Origin: Antechinus flavipes | Lineage: Eukaryota | Assembly: GCF_016432865.1 (NCBI RefSeq) | Contig: NC_067399.1 | Location: 515,158,001 to 515,222,000, forward strand | Length of the DNA: 64,000 nt | Direction of reading: 5' to 3' | In this document: positions 37,500-57,879 of the stretch, piece by piece | How positions within the stretch are numbered: position 1 is the first letter of the stretch | How the letters are laid out: each line of letters opens with the position of its first letter | Program-made: the position numbers and the translations under genes | Notes under the pieces: model-generated | The model's input: the letters and a program-made list of their open reading frames with translations, nothing else | Told to the model about the DNA's origin: nothing | Databases searched by the model: none

Positions 37500-37505
37500 T
37501 TTATT
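37500..37505 (-). terminator. Poly(A) signal AATAAA of NEDD8
   Basis: TTTATT on +, about 250 nt past the stop. Confidence 0.65.
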
Positions 37506-37755
37506 AACAACCAGGACACAGCCATTAGGGAAGGGGCAGGCGAGACCACAAACTAAAAACCAACAGCTAGCAAAGGGCTCCACAGGCCCAGAGAAATGGA
37601 CCCTGGGGTCCTCACAGATCTCCCAGCAATAGACAGAAACACCTGGGCATCTGTCCTGGGGAGGAGGTGGTGGTTCTGTTGTTCCAGGAAGTGGAAGGGT
37701 ATATGGCGCATCATTATGAGTGATGGGGTAAGGGGACAAAGTAGAGGGAGGTCCA

Positions 37756-44578
<6,823 letters not shown>

Positions 44579-45490
44579 CTTTCCCCTGCACACAAGGATC
44601 TTGTGGATGAATCGCTGCTGCTGCCGCCGCTGCCTCCGCTCTCTAGCACTCTGCCAGCAGGGGACTTCCGCTTCCGGATCACCGTTTGTATTCCAGGCCC
44701 CTGTAATCTTCCGATCTGATTTCCTAACATTAAATATTCAGGGATTCAGCCCCTTCGTCTTAGTGACTAGGTTAACAAAAAAGGTGACCGGCTACTTATG
44801 CCGGACCCGTCGCCTTCGAGGATCTGGAAGTCTCCACAGCCCGAATTCTTCCGGCCAACGAACAAGATTCATTTCCCGTCATACCCCGCGACAATCCGGC
44901 CAGTCCCGCTCATCCTCTGGGGGTTGTAGTTTTTCCTTCCTTAGGTCTAACGTCTGCCCGACTTGGTGGACTCTGTTTCCCAGAAGTCCACGCGAGACTC
45001 CCTTAAGGCCTGTTTCTAGTTTCCTCCCTGGCTGAAACTGAGACATTGGAGCTGCGCGTGGCTTGTTGCTAAGCTATAAATTGGATCAACCGCTGTGGAT
45101 TTTACACCCGGAAGTAATCCTCCTTCTGTATCGTATCTTTCTCACCTCAAAATATTCCTACCTCGTTTTAAGGGTGGCAGGGGAAAGAGGAAGGCTATTA
45201 TGGGGAGGGTGGGGTTGTACTTGGCCGGCATCAGCCATGCTTCTCCGGTCAACTCCTTCCCCGGTAAATACTTTCATATGTAGGTCCCTAAAGTAACAAA
45301 CGCTAAGGTCAGAGTTTACTTGAAGGCGAAGAATGTGGAGTGACTTTTCGGGGACTTTGATGAGAGCCGTAAAGTCGCTGCCCGAGCAGAACCGTGGGAC
45401 TGTGGGATTGAGGGTGCCCTCTACTCCATCACACATTCAGTCGCCGCCTTTCTTTTGACTTTCAGGTATCTGTTTACACTCAATCCCACC

Positions 45491-48400
45491 ATGCCTCACA
45501 TAGACAATGATGTGAAGCTCGACTTCAAGGATGTCCTGCTGAGGCCCAAGCGAAGTACTCTTAAGTCCCGCAGTGAGGTGAGGCTGGGGCTATTTTTCTT
45601 TATTCTACCTTAGAAAATCAGTGTGAAGTGTTGATTATGGAATTTGGAAAGAGCAAAGTTCATCTGACGTTTTTCTCATAGGTGTGTATACGTGTGCATA
45701 TATATTTATGTACACACATATATACCTAGCAGGGTTTAATGCTGCACATTTTAAAGCACTATTATTTTAAAGCTGCTATTACTACTAATCCTCCTCCTGT
45801 GTCTCATCCCATATCCCCGCTGTGTAGGTGGATCTCACAAGGTCCTTCGAATTCAGGAATTCAAAGCAGACGTACACAGGAATCCCCATCATTGCTGCCA
45901 ACATGGATACTGTTGGCACCTTTGAGATGGCCAAGGTGCTCTGTAAGGTAGGGTGCTACTTCGTCCCTTCTTTAGGCGATATTCAAAACCCTAACTGTCT
46001 GCAGAATTTCCTTCTCCAAATTCAGTTTTGTACTCATGGGCAGTCATACCTGCCTTTGGACAAGAGTGGACAGATGCATGTTGGACATCTTTGAAGAGTT
46101 TTTAATTATCTTAGTTTTAGAAACAACCTTATAATCTCTTAAGCCACTCATAAAATGTGCAATCCCCCCCCCCCTTTCTCCATCCCCAACATATATAAAG
46201 GCATGTCACAAATAGAATTGCCCTAATTAGCCATAATTAGCACTGTGAATAACATTAAGACCAAATCCTGGCCTAAAGTCACAAAACATTTGTATTATGA
46301 TTCTTCCCATCATTTGTTTATAAAATCACTCTTATAGAACCTTTGTTTTCATTGGGAACAATTAGTAACTTTAGTGTATCCCTCTGTGAATAAAAGCACA
46401 TCCTCTACCTATACCATTCCCCAAGCATATTTTCTCCCTTCTTTTATGTCATAATTATGGCAGAACCATAACTTAAAGACACTAAATACAGTGAGACTGA
46501 TGCTAATTTTTGTATTACATAAAATATGATATATTTTTTTATGTACACAGTATCTTATTGAACATCCTATTTGAAGATATTGCTGCTGACAATTTTACAA
46601 CCAAATGTAGCCGGGAAGATAGATGAGTGAACTTTTCTACCCTGGGCCTATGCCATATTCCATTGGTTAGTGGCTGTATGTCCATCAATGGATTTGTCTG
46701 TTGGCATGTCTTTTTTTTTTTTTTTAAATTGCTGTAATCCTCTCTGGCCTGACTACTATCACTTCTTGAAAAAACATAGTTTTGCTGTGTTATTTTATGC
46801 TCAATATGTCCTCTAGGAGAGTGGTCTCTGAGTCAAGAGTCTGAAAGATATGGGTTTATGATAGCTTAGTAACTCTTGGCAAATCTCTGAATACAATTTG
46901 TTTCTTCTTATCTACCCCACCCCAAGTAGTGGGTATCTGCCTATCTGCATTGGTGGAAGGAGTTTGCTCATTAGTAGTTCTTCCTTGCCTCTGGTCTCTA
47001 AACTTTAGCTTGCCATTCATTTCATGTGTGAAAATTGTGCTATTGTCCATTTTCCAGATATGCTTTTCTAGCATAGCTCATTTGTGATAAGCATGATTTC
47101 ATTACTAATGATCTGTATTGTCAGAGTTTGTCTATAAGGAGTAGATAAGCAGATAAAGAGTGTGCTACTTATAAATCTCATAATTGTAACATAACAAGGA
47201 TTGGACGGACATGTTTTAACAGCTGTGTGTAAATAAACTCTTTGTGTTTAGTCTGATGCAGCATTCTGTCAAGATTTCCTAAAGGGAATCTTCATTTCCT
47301 GAACCTTGGTTTCTTGGTCTGTCAGCATATTGTTTGGGTTATGTTGCTGAAAAAGTAAAATACATTGCTAGCTTTTAGCCCTTATCTTGTCTAAAGATGT
47401 TTAGCTAAATAAAGGGTTTTGCTGATGCAAGCTAGTGCCTGATTTCTTCAAATATGCCTTATTATGTTAACTTTGCCAACTTAATTTTCTTACATGTTAT
47501 AAATACAGTCATGGGCCACAACTATTGGAAGCCTTTTTTTCAAGAATTTGTGATATTTCAAGGTTTTGAACTAAGGAACAAGGGATTTGGCTTGAAGACT
47601 CATTGTTGTCCTTGAACATGAGTGTAGATACATATTTAATAAAATAGTTACGATCACACACAAAAAGTCTGCCCCTCTTCATTTCAGTGGTTATGGAGAA
47701 GGAATCAATTACTTGCTAGCTCTAGTACCATTGACCATATTGTCAGATAGTACCTTAAGGACATAAGGCAACTTCCTTGGGCAGCCAGTTACTAAAATGC
47801 TACCATTCACTAGATACAAAGAATATAGGGAAATATGCTAATTTAGCACTACTGGCCTTATAAAATAGCAAGGCATCTAGACTCTCATATCAAGCACCTT
47901 ACCTCAACCATTCTAGTTGATGCCTGCAAATTCAAAAGCCCAGCATCTTCACTGTTCGTCTTTTGGGGCCCTGTGACAGGATAAACTCATATGGTATTCC
48001 TGGAGTCCCTGCCAGTCTCAAAGGACGAAGGACAGTCTCTTGGTCCTGCCTGCATATCCGCTGCCTGTCACATTGCACCAATTGCTCATTACCATATTAA
48101 CTCCCTATCAGCATTGAAGCAGGATCAGAGTAGATGCCAGCAGATGGGATCCTAAACAGGCAAATAGGAAGTTACAAAAAAAAAAAAAAAAGAAAACTTG
48201 TGATTATAATCCTTGGAGTGAGAGTCTGTGGTAAACACAGGATTGGATTAGCTACAACTAAAAGCTCATCTACTGTCTATTCAGTTACTTCTTTACACTA
48301 ACTGAAAAAGAATTGTGTAAGGACACAAATCTTATAAGGTTAAAATCATTCTATTTTTGCTTCTCTTCAGTTCTCTCTGTTCACAGCCATCCACAAACAC

Positions 48401-51400
48401 TATAGCCTTGAGCAATGGAAGGAATTTGCTACCCAGAATCCTGACTGTCTAGAGGTAATGTGGGACCCTATCTTGTTCTACTCCCAGAACGCAGCCATCT
48501 ATAGGATCTTTTCTTCACAGATTTAACCCCATCTCTTCCAACTCTTGCCTTCTTTCCCTTAGCTATATCTCTAATCCTTTCAGCCTAGTTAATTATCCAT
48601 AATATTCTCATCTGTCAGATCAGAGATTTAACTTTTTCTTTTGCCTGTCTTTTTGATAATCTGCTATGTACCCTCTTCTCAAAATAAAGTTTGTTGCTTA
48701 CAGTTATAAAAAAGGGAAATGTTATTTTAGTTACACATTTGTGAAAATGATTTTTTTCCCACAAGGTCACAGAACCCCCAAGGCCCCTTGAGGGATTCAC
48801 CTATGAATCCCCGTTTTAAGGTATTGATATGGTTTTTTCTTCAGCATCTGGCTGCCAGCTCAGGAACAGGCCCTTCAGACTTTGAACAACTAGAACAAAT
48901 ACTTGAAGCAATTCCCCAGGTGAAATACATCTGCCTGGATGTGGCCAATGGCTACTCGGAGCATTTTGTTGAATTCCTGAAGGATGTTAGAAAACGCTTT
49001 CCCCAGCACACTATCATGGTATGTCCTTACTTTGTTTGCTTCACATCTTGGCATATTCCTGGCTTGTCTTCACCTCATCCTATCTGTTCCTTTCACAAAA
49101 TTATAGAATTTAGAATCAGGCACAAAGATTATCTAGTCAAATCTCTCCATTTCACAAATGGATAGAGATTCAAAGCTAAACTTGCCACAGCTCCTCATTA
49201 AGAGAATTTCTTCCCTCCAACCTCACCTATCCCATCTCATTTTATACTACTGTAACTCTTAACTCTGTGCTCCATATATAGGGTGGCCCAGAAGGCTTTT
49301 AAAGCTGCATTCCAATTTTGGAACCACCCTGTATTTCTTGCTTGATGAAGCATGCCTGACACAGCTCTTGAGAAGTTTCTGACCAAATATCCAAAACAGA
49401 ATCTTTATGTGATACAGAATGGTCTGCTCACTGAGGCTCAGATGTGCCTTGGACACGTATAAGGAAGTACATGGGACAGTTGATAGCCGATTCTTGCACA
49501 TTGCAGTTAATTTCCTTTTGACAAACGATGTTTTAAAACTATACAGAATAATGAAATAAGGCCATTATTCACCTTGCAGAATTCTCTTTTATAAAGGCCT
49601 GGCAGGTTTCAGGAGTCAGGTGAGAGGTAGAGTTATGTCCACTATTAAGGTAGTCACACACTCAAAATATCCAAGAGCTGGCCCCAGATGGGCACTGCAA
49701 CTTCTTGGATCAATCCATTTTCCTCTTCACTGAATTGTCCTCCATGTCCTGCCACATCCTGGCATTGAGGCCAATGGGAAGGTGCTTTACTACAACAGAT
49801 TCTAATGCAATGGTGCCACACCAATTATGGAGACTAGTTAATGCATGAGTCAGAATTTGTTTAACACAACTGAAATAGATACTGGTATTAATATAAACAA
49901 AGAGGATATTGGGAAATGCCTGCCTGGCAAAGGAAGTTGAAATGTATCCTTAGACCTTTTATTGCTAAAACTGCTGCAATGTTGCCTTTAGCACAAAGAT
50001 ACATTTTTAGTTTTTTCCTCAAACACCCTGGTTCATTTACCCTTTCAAACCCCAAAACCTTTCCTTGTTATTTGCTCCACAGGCTGGGAATGTGGTGACA
50101 GGGGAAATGGTGGAGGAGCTGATCCTTTCTGGAGCTGACATTATCAAAGTAGGAATTGGACCAGGTAAGCTAGTTCACTCTGTCAACAAAACCCTGCCCA
50201 ACCTATCTTCCTGTGGTTTTAGGCAACTGTGAGACACCGGGATCTTCTCTCTGTCCCTGTCTATAGGCTCTGTATGCACCACACGTAAGAAGACTGGAGT
50301 GGGCTACCCACAGCTCAGTGCTGTGATGGAGTGTGCTGATGCTGCCCATGGCCTCAAGGGCCACATCATTTCTGTAAGTTATTGAAGGGCTAAAACACGA
50401 TTTCTTATATCTGGGAATAAACCCAAAGAACTTAGGGAGTTGTGAGCTAAAACTTCTCCCCATATGGAAATTTAATTGTATGGGAAAAAAGGCATGGGGA
50501 AAGAAGATCAGGGCCTATCCTGAGCTACTATCACCATCTCACTAAAGTTTCTTCCCCACAGGATGGCGGCTGCAGCTGTCCTGGAGATGTGGCTAAGGCT
50601 TTTGGTAAGTAGTTTGTTTGAGGCAAGAGATGAGTCTAATGCTATGTCCTTACTGAGACACTCCAAGACTCCCCACAGGCAGAGAGAGACTTTGGGAAGC
50701 AGTTGAATTTAACATATTCTACTTCATTCCTGTTGAGTAAGCCTAAGCTAAGAACCTAGCTTTTCCCACCCCCTTACTAATGCCTCTGTGATTAGCAATG
50801 CTAAATTGGAGAGAGAGCAAGAGAGAGTTGGAACTTTTTGCAACTAAGATTCATCAACTGTTATAAATCTTTTTTCCTTTTCTATAAAAGGAAGAAATTG
50901 GACCTGATTACGGTTAAGGTTCTTTCCAACTCTAAAATCCCAATCCCAACATCCCTGAAATGAGGGAGCTGTTAACTGGAATCTGAGAAGAAAACTGCCC
51001 AGATGGGTGGACAACAGCAAGAGAGGGGATTTGGGGCTTCTAAGTCAGACTGGGAGCCATTGTGTCACCTCCAAACCCTGGGGAAAAAAAAGTAGAGGTC
51101 TAATAATCGAGGGACCATACATAGTAGAGAGTAGCCTCTCTTTGCCTTTAAGGGATTCTGGCTTCTGTCAAGATAAGGATCCCAATTATATTCAGGCCTG
51201 AATGAAATTTGGGTCTTTATTGGGAATCACTTCTGTAAGGAATAAATGCCTGAACTCAAACTTTTTTTTGTCTGTTCCCCAATGCTGACAGGAGCAGGTG
51301 CTGACTTTGTGATGTTGGGTGGGATGCTGGCTGGTCACACTGAGTCAGGTGGTGAACTAATCAAGAAGAATGGCAAGCAATACAAACTTTTCTATGGCAT

Positions 51401-51893
51401 GAGTTCTGAGGTAGCCATGAAGAAATATGCTGGAGGTGTTGCTGAGTACAGGTATAATAGCAGATAAGGCATATAGATGAATTCAAGAATAGGCACTAAG
51501 ATGCTGTTAAATGGCTCTTAGGGATACAATTGAGAGGGAAAGAAAAATCAGTTTTTAAAAAGAATCCATACCTAACAGGAACAGATGGTGCATGAATGGG
51601 AAGTGCGTGGGGAAAGAAGGGAAAGGATCTATAGCTGAGTGATTAGCAAGAAAAATTGCTGGGATCAGAGGAGTAGAAATTATAACAAACTCATCTGTTT
51701 CAGGGCCTCAGAAGGAAAAACAGTAGAAGTGCCCTTCAAAGGTAAAGTAGAACATACCATCCGGGATATCCTGGGAGGGATCCGTTCCACATGCACTTAC
51801 GTTGGGGCAGCCAAGCTAAAGGAGCTCAGCCGACGTACTACTTTCATTCGGGTCACCCAGCAAGTGAACCCCATCTTCAGTGATGAGAGCTAG
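45491..51893 (+). CDS. GMPR2: GMP reductase 2, 348 aa
   Basis: Exons 45491-45577, 45828-45947, 48371-48454, 48845-49018, 50083-50164, 50267-50373, 50562-50604, 51292-51451, 51704-51893 = 1047 nt. [22 protein letters not shown], catalytic loop [21 protein letters not shown]. Confidence 0.97.
49277..49333. mobile_element. Miniature Tc1/mariner-type MITE remnant
   Basis: TA-flanked imperfect inverted ends tagggtggcccagaa and ttttggaaccaccctg. Confidence 0.5.
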
Positions 51894-52125
51894 GGGAATG
51901 AGCAACACTGCCTGGCAACGGTACCAGCATCCAAAGCAGAAGTGATGTGGAGAACCCTCGTGCATTCCAGCCACAATGGATTATCTGGATCAGTGCTTTT
52001 TTTTGGTAGTTTTTTGGTCCCCCAGAGAGCCTTTTGTGGCCTTCATGCTTCACTATTTTCACAAAAAGCTCAGGCCAGTCAATTTGGCTCTTACTGGGAA
52101 GGAGGCAGGAAGAAGAGGGTTATCA

Positions 52126-52131
52126 AATAAA
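52126..52131 (+). terminator. Poly(A) signal AATAAA of GMPR2
   Basis: First AATAAA, about 230 nt after the stop. Confidence 0.7.
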
Positions 52132-52534
52132 TATTGCTGGAGTCACTTATAAACACACTGCTGAGATTTCCTATTTGCAAAGCAACATCAGGTAAGAACT
52201 CAAAGCCTGATCTAACTCACAGAAATAGCATTTTGTTTATAAGTATCTACCTGAAAAAACTCAATTTGAATCTCATTGTTTATTTACCATATTGCATCAA
52301 AGTCTGGCTTTTCTCTCCCAAAAAGCAGTATGTGCAAACGATGTGCAGAACTACTCTTAGGAACATTGGAGCACTGGGCCCCTTTTGAAAGGCAAAGGTT
52401 CAGCCAGAGTCAAAGAGGCATACAAATGTATTGCTAAAGACAAGAAAGTTAGATTGCTTCAGAGGATATTGGAACATTTAGTTGATTAGCTGGGCTACAC
52501 ATTTTCAGCATGGTCGGAAGCCTTGTAGAGTGAA

Positions 52535-52680
52535 CATGTGCATTTGATTTGGAGTTACAGATGGGACCAGAGTTTCAAGGCTAAGTCTGCTCTTTCCTGC
52601 TGTGACTTTGGGCAAATCATTTAACCTTCCTGGGCTTCAGTTTCCTCATCTGAAAAACCAAGGGAATTAGACCAAAATTA
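52535..52680 (+). mobile_element. MIR SINE
   Basis: gctgtgactttgggcaaatcatttaaccttcctgggcttcagtttcctcatctgaaaa. Confidence 0.8.
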
Positions 52681-53014
52681 TCTTTTAAGTGGTGTCTATT
52701 GTGCCATGCATTTCATAGCATCTGGCTCCATTTCATTCTTATTTATGACAAGAGTGACATTACCACCAATATTACATTAGATTATCCAAGGTGGCCTGAA
52801 CATTTTATAAAAATACATATTTGGTATTTTGATATTCAAATGAAAGTCACATGTATAGTTGGATCCAAGATTCAGAGTTAACATCTCTGAAATTGCCTCC
52901 TCTAGGCTTCTCAACTACTTTGGGCCCAGAGCCAGTCAAATCAATTTCTAAGGAAAGGCAAGAATCGGTGCATTCATCCTATTCCTGGACCAGTTCAGTT
53001 GAAAGGAACTTGAG

Positions 53015-53020
53015 TTTATT
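53015..53020 (-). terminator. Candidate poly(A) signal of TINF2
   Basis: TTTATT on +, about 250 nt past the stop. Confidence 0.5.
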
Positions 53021-53268
53021 TGGGACACTATATAGACACCACAGGGCACCCTTAGCCTGCCTTACCTCATAGCCAAGACAACATTTCAGAAGATTCAAAA
53101 TTTAATCACTGGCTGTTACAAAAAAAAAAAAAAAAAGTGATAAAGTAATGTGATAAGGTAAGACCAATCCTGTATCCCAAAATAAAGGGATCTGGCTCCC
53201 AAGGCAAGCCAAATCTACTCAGTCCATTTTCCAGTTCTCTATCAACTATAGAGTGGTGCATAGCCATA

Positions 53269-55715
53269 TCAAAGAGACCTAAGCCACTGGGTTTTAATAG
53301 GGTCAGTTTGGCCACAGGAAGGGGCCTGGGCAAGTACAGAACTTTGCTCAACAGGGGAGAGGTATTCGCAGAAGGTAGGGATCAGAGTGCCAAACTTCGT
53401 CTTCTGATAGCTTTCAAGAAACTTCTGCAGAGAGGGGATTATGGAGGTCGGGTCATCCTCAATCATTTACTAAGCATCATACAGATATTATTAGCATGCT
53501 ATCACTCTGTGGTTGGACCTATCCCCATCCCTCCCAAGCTCCCTGCCCCTTCCCACTCACCTTCCCTCCCCTCTGGCCATTCCCTTCATCATCAGAGTCC
53601 AGAACCAAGTCCCCTATGGTAACCACAGGGCTGCACAGAGATGGGGATGACACTGTAGGAGGGAAACCAAAATCAAACCTGTTCCTTACTGAAGTAAATA
53701 GATAGGACTCTGGCATCCCCAAAGATTTCAAGTTGCTCTCAGAATAGAGGCATTCCCTTTCCCAACCCCCAACTCAAAGCAGTGTATACCTACCTGGCTC
53801 CCTGGCCCCAACAGCAGGTAATGGCAACTTCAAGGGCTCCAGGGAATGATCCAGGCAGTTCCTGGAGTAAAGGGACATGAAGGAAATAAGGGTGAGTTGG
53901 AGGAGTGGTCGGAAAGGGAGAGAAAAAGGGCAATCTAGCATGGGAAGAGACAACACTTTTTAACTCACTCCTTTTGCTCTGAGGAGGGCTCATCAGAAGT
54001 CCAGTTCTGTTCCTGAACCCTCCCTCGGAGAGAACGAGCTGAATTTCTGTGCTTCCCATGATGGACTGATCTTGTGCCCATAGTGCCTGCTGGATCTGTC
54101 ACAGGCTGCCCACGTTCTTTATTGTTCCCATGCTTTATTACATCTTGGACTGGAAGGCACATACTCCGGAATGGGAAGAGCATGACAGTGGGCCGGTTCT
54201 TATGACCTCCCCTGGCAGATGCATAATTTGCCTGGATTTGCCGGCGGCCCAGAGGTGCCAGGTTGAAGTCCCGACCAGTGAGAATTTCTGGGGCTTTCCT
54301 TAAATCCTGTCCTTCGGGAGAGGGAATGCTGGGTTTGATTGTGGGAACAGTATCCTGGAAAACTTGCTCCAGTTGGGGAGAAGGTAGAGGACTCTGCTCC
54401 TGGGGTTCTGCCTCCCTCACTGCAGTAAAAAGCGGGGACTCTGGAAGAGAAAATTTTTTATGAAGGGCCTTATACAAAAGGGCATCATATATTTCTGTAT
54501 TCTCAAGCCAACCAGGGCCATCTTAATTCAATAAGACTAATGAACTTTTCCCAAAGATCCCACCACAAGCACCATCTTGCTGGATTACTGCCCCAGCTGG
54601 CATCAGTACCTTGAAGTAGCCACCCCATGTCCATGCAATACTGAGTAAGGGGAAGGGGAACCAAGGTTTCAGATTGCATCCCTCCTAATACTTCCTTAAG
54701 CTGTAAGGAAAGAATAGGGATAGGAGCATTAAGATAACACTGTAAAGTCAAGAACTGTACACTTTCTGCTCTCCTTTTGCCAATTTGCCCTCCCATCCCC
54801 AAAACAAAATTACCTCTTGCAACTGTAACTCAGGTAGCATCTTTTCTAACTGGCAAAGGTATTCAAATAATAACTTCTCCAGGGCAACTAAGAAGGGTTC
54901 CCCATATTCTTGTTCTAGTTCCTAAGATAAGGAATAAGTCAGATAAAAATTGAAAAGAGGAGTTTGCCCAATTAATTTCCAACAAAGTTCATTTCCTCAC
55001 CTGCAGCTGAATGGCAAAATCTTCAGGGTCCTCTGCCAGCTGTTTTACTCGTTGGCAAAAGGCCTCGTGTGCCTCCACAATCTTCGGATCCCTTACAGTC
55101 TGCGAGTTTGGGGAGTATAAAGATCAACCAGGTTAGAGGCACCAGACAGAGTTTGGTTTGATGGTTAGAGGAAACCCATTTAGGATTGAGCCAGTGGGAC
55201 AAAACGAACTTCCACATTGTCTGGTGACTTAATAACTAGACCAAAAGATCCACTCACCGCCTTGGAACCGTACTCGCGTGGGCCAGCCTCTGGAAAATGA
55301 TAGTTTAGGGCATCCAGGACCAGGGACCAGGAATGGCCTTCCAAGATCATCTCCACGATCACCTACGAGGGATACAGTATCCTATGCCAAGATCCCCAAA
55401 TTCCATTCTCTTTCCTCTCCTCCCACTGGCACCTCCTTCCTTGCCTAGACCTGTGGCTGTCAATGTTTGCATCCCAAAGTCCAGGTTGCCCCAGGATCCC
55501 TTCCCCGGTACCTTGGCCCGTAGCCCCAAGCAGAGCCTCGCGTGATGACGGGAGCGGACCAGCCCGGGTGCAGCGATCTTCAGGGCTCCCAGCAGCTCCA
55601 GAACTCGGGGATAGTGGACCGAGAGACGCCTCCGCACCACCCACCAAGAAGCAGCCGCAGCCAATCGTAGTGAGGCAGCGGCAGCGGCAGCGCCGGCTTC
55701 CGAGGGGGCGGACAT
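53269..55715 (-). CDS. TINF2: Shelterin subunit TIN2, long isoform, 464 aa
   Basis: Exons 55512-55715, 55258-55362, 55001-55099, 54814-54921, 54610-54700, 53969-54440, 53794-53861, 53561-53652, 53269-53424 = 1395 nt. TRFH-like N-terminus ([10 protein letters not shown]...[11 protein letters not shown]), FNLAPL TRF1-binding motif, [39 protein letters not shown]. Confidence 0.96.
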
Positions 55716-56350
55716 TACCCTCTTAGCCCGGCCGGGGAGCTTCTTCCCTTAGGCAGAGGGGTCGCGGACCCGGCCCATAGAGAGGCGGGGGCTCCTGGTA
55801 CTCCCCACACTCCCCTCCCCCCCCCCCCCCGCAAGGATGTGGAGGAGTTCGCTGGTGCCTCGCGGTGGGGGGTAAGGGAGAAGAAGAGAGGAGAGACACT
55901 CAATTCCGGCCGCCTGTGTGTGTCCAGTTTCTTCCAGGGGATCGTTTCCACAGTGTAGGCCGAGATTCCGAAAGGGATGGAGAGTAGGATCTGAACAAGG
56001 GGAGGAGCCCAAGCGCCAAAACAACTCCCAACGTCTAGCCACCTAGGTACGCGAGACTACTGAAACTTCTACCGGCCGACTTCAACACGTCACTTCCGAC
56101 TCTACCTCTAGTTCCGCCTTAGCGATGTAAAGACGTCAAGAAAAAACGAGCCAATCGGCTGCGAAGGAGTGCGGAGACGTCAGACTCGCTACTGGCATCA
56201 CCCAATGGCAGCTGAGGGACACAGCTCCACGGTTCTTCTGTGGTACGAATTCCAGAGCACTGAAATAACTTTTGTGCGCATGCTCACTGAGCGTGGTTCG
56301 CCGCTTTTTATCTGCTTTCTTGTTCCTCTCACACCTCCTGGTGTGGCTGG
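55250..56350. promoter_or_regulatory. CpG-island promoter of TINF2
   Basis: ETS-CRE composite cacgtcacttccg 56086-56098, CCAAT near 56151 and 56202, NRF1-like tgcgcatgc near 56275. Confidence 0.8.
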
Positions 56351-57439
56351 TTATCTTTTGGGCGACCAGTGACTGTCTTCAGGCTAGGGTTTCGTTATTT
56401 TATTTTTTTGTCACGCACCCCTTTAACAGCCCAATTATAATTCTGTAACTATAAAAGCTAGTTATAATCTTTGAAATCTATAAACCTCTTCTTAAAATAA
56501 TGTTTTTAAATAATGGAAAAAATGATGAATTAGCCAATTACTGGCTAGTGAAAATAAGGACATTTTCTCCCCATTCAAAATCTCAGATACATTTCCCATA
56601 CAGTCTAAATTATTCCAGATTAACAATCCCTCATTTAGGTTTGTGTATTCGTAGAATACATAGAATAGATGCTTTATTCTGATAGTGAGGTAACCAAAGA
56701 ATTTTAATGTGTATAGCTGGAGCCTTGGCAAGGTTCTACAAAACTAGAAAGGTGAGGTTAGAGTTTGTTTTAACCTACATTCAGAAGATTGGTGAGCAGA
56801 TGAACTTTTGGGGGATGGATTGGGGAGTGGAGGGAAGGGAACCAAGGAGAAAGACATAAGAAATAGTTCAGAATCTCTACGAGCAGAACGGTTGTGATCT
56901 GTATCAGGGTTGAAGGAATGCCCAACCTGAAGAAATCACAGCTTTTCTGAAGTATTGCAATGCTTCTCTATATTCTCTGGGACCAAAAGTGATTGTAGCA
57001 GCATTTGGGACCCCAGAATGACCCAGTAGTCTACTGAAACCCAAGGTTCAACCAAAACTTTGTGAGTTCTGTGAAATAGTTTACATCTGAACTCAACAGA
57101 TTTGCTTTGGATTGAGATGTCAGTCCCAAGGTAAGGGGACTAGATATTTCAATACATAAACTAATTCAAGGATAGTATGTTGTCTTAGAACACTGGATCC
57201 TAACTTTAGGTCAGGAATTCGTTTGGTGACACTAAGAGTCTACAAATTGATTTGGAAGGATTCTTCAAAAGACTAAAAAAATTGACTGCATCTGGTTGGA
57301 ATGTATCTTAGACTAGAATTTGTCCTTTTCCTTTCCCTTCCAGTAGAAAACAATTGAAATATGAACTAGAGTAAGGCCAGTGGTGTTGAGAAATCAGAGT
57401 AGAAAGGGGATATTAGAAACTAGAGTTCAATCAAATGCC

Positions 57440-57845
57440 TGAGCTAAGTACTCTACAACATTTTCAAGTAGGAGTCATCTAGCTTCCAATGAAGGAAAAC
57501 TCATTCCTCATCTCTTGAGACAGATTTTTGGGAGGACAACTCAAGTTGTTAATTTTTTTTCTAAGCCTAAACTTCTGCTCTGCAATTGTCTTCCTTCCAC
57601 TGCACCCACTTATGCCCTCTGAGAATCAACAGAACAAATCTACTTATTCTGTTACATGGCAGCCTTTAAAATAATTAGACATTTATGTCCCCAAAGTCTT
57701 TTGTAAACTAGATACCATTTCTCTAAACTGAGCCTTGTCAGGTTATGTTTAGGATTGTCATCAACTTGGTCACTCACTTCTGTACACACTCTGTCTTATC
57801 AATGTTCTTCCTAAAATGTGGTATTTAGAACCTTTCTTTGAATGG
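57440..57845 (-). mobile_element. L3/CR1 LINE fragment
   Basis: aagcctaaac...cagaacaaatcta...acatggcagcctttaaaataatt...caatgttcttcctaaaatgtgg (antisense L3). Confidence 0.65.
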
Positions 57846-57879
57846 TCTCACTCTTAGAAATTGTCATTTTTATGTAAAT

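Noticed and set aside
46000-50000. Possible snoRNA or cryptic exon in the longer GMPR2 introns
   Set aside because: No paired C/D boxes with a terminal stem, no H/ACA hairpins, and no open frame with credible splice sites that I could support
53269-56400. Telomeric TTAGGG repeats near TINF2
   Set aside because: No tandem array; at most isolated hexamers at background frequency
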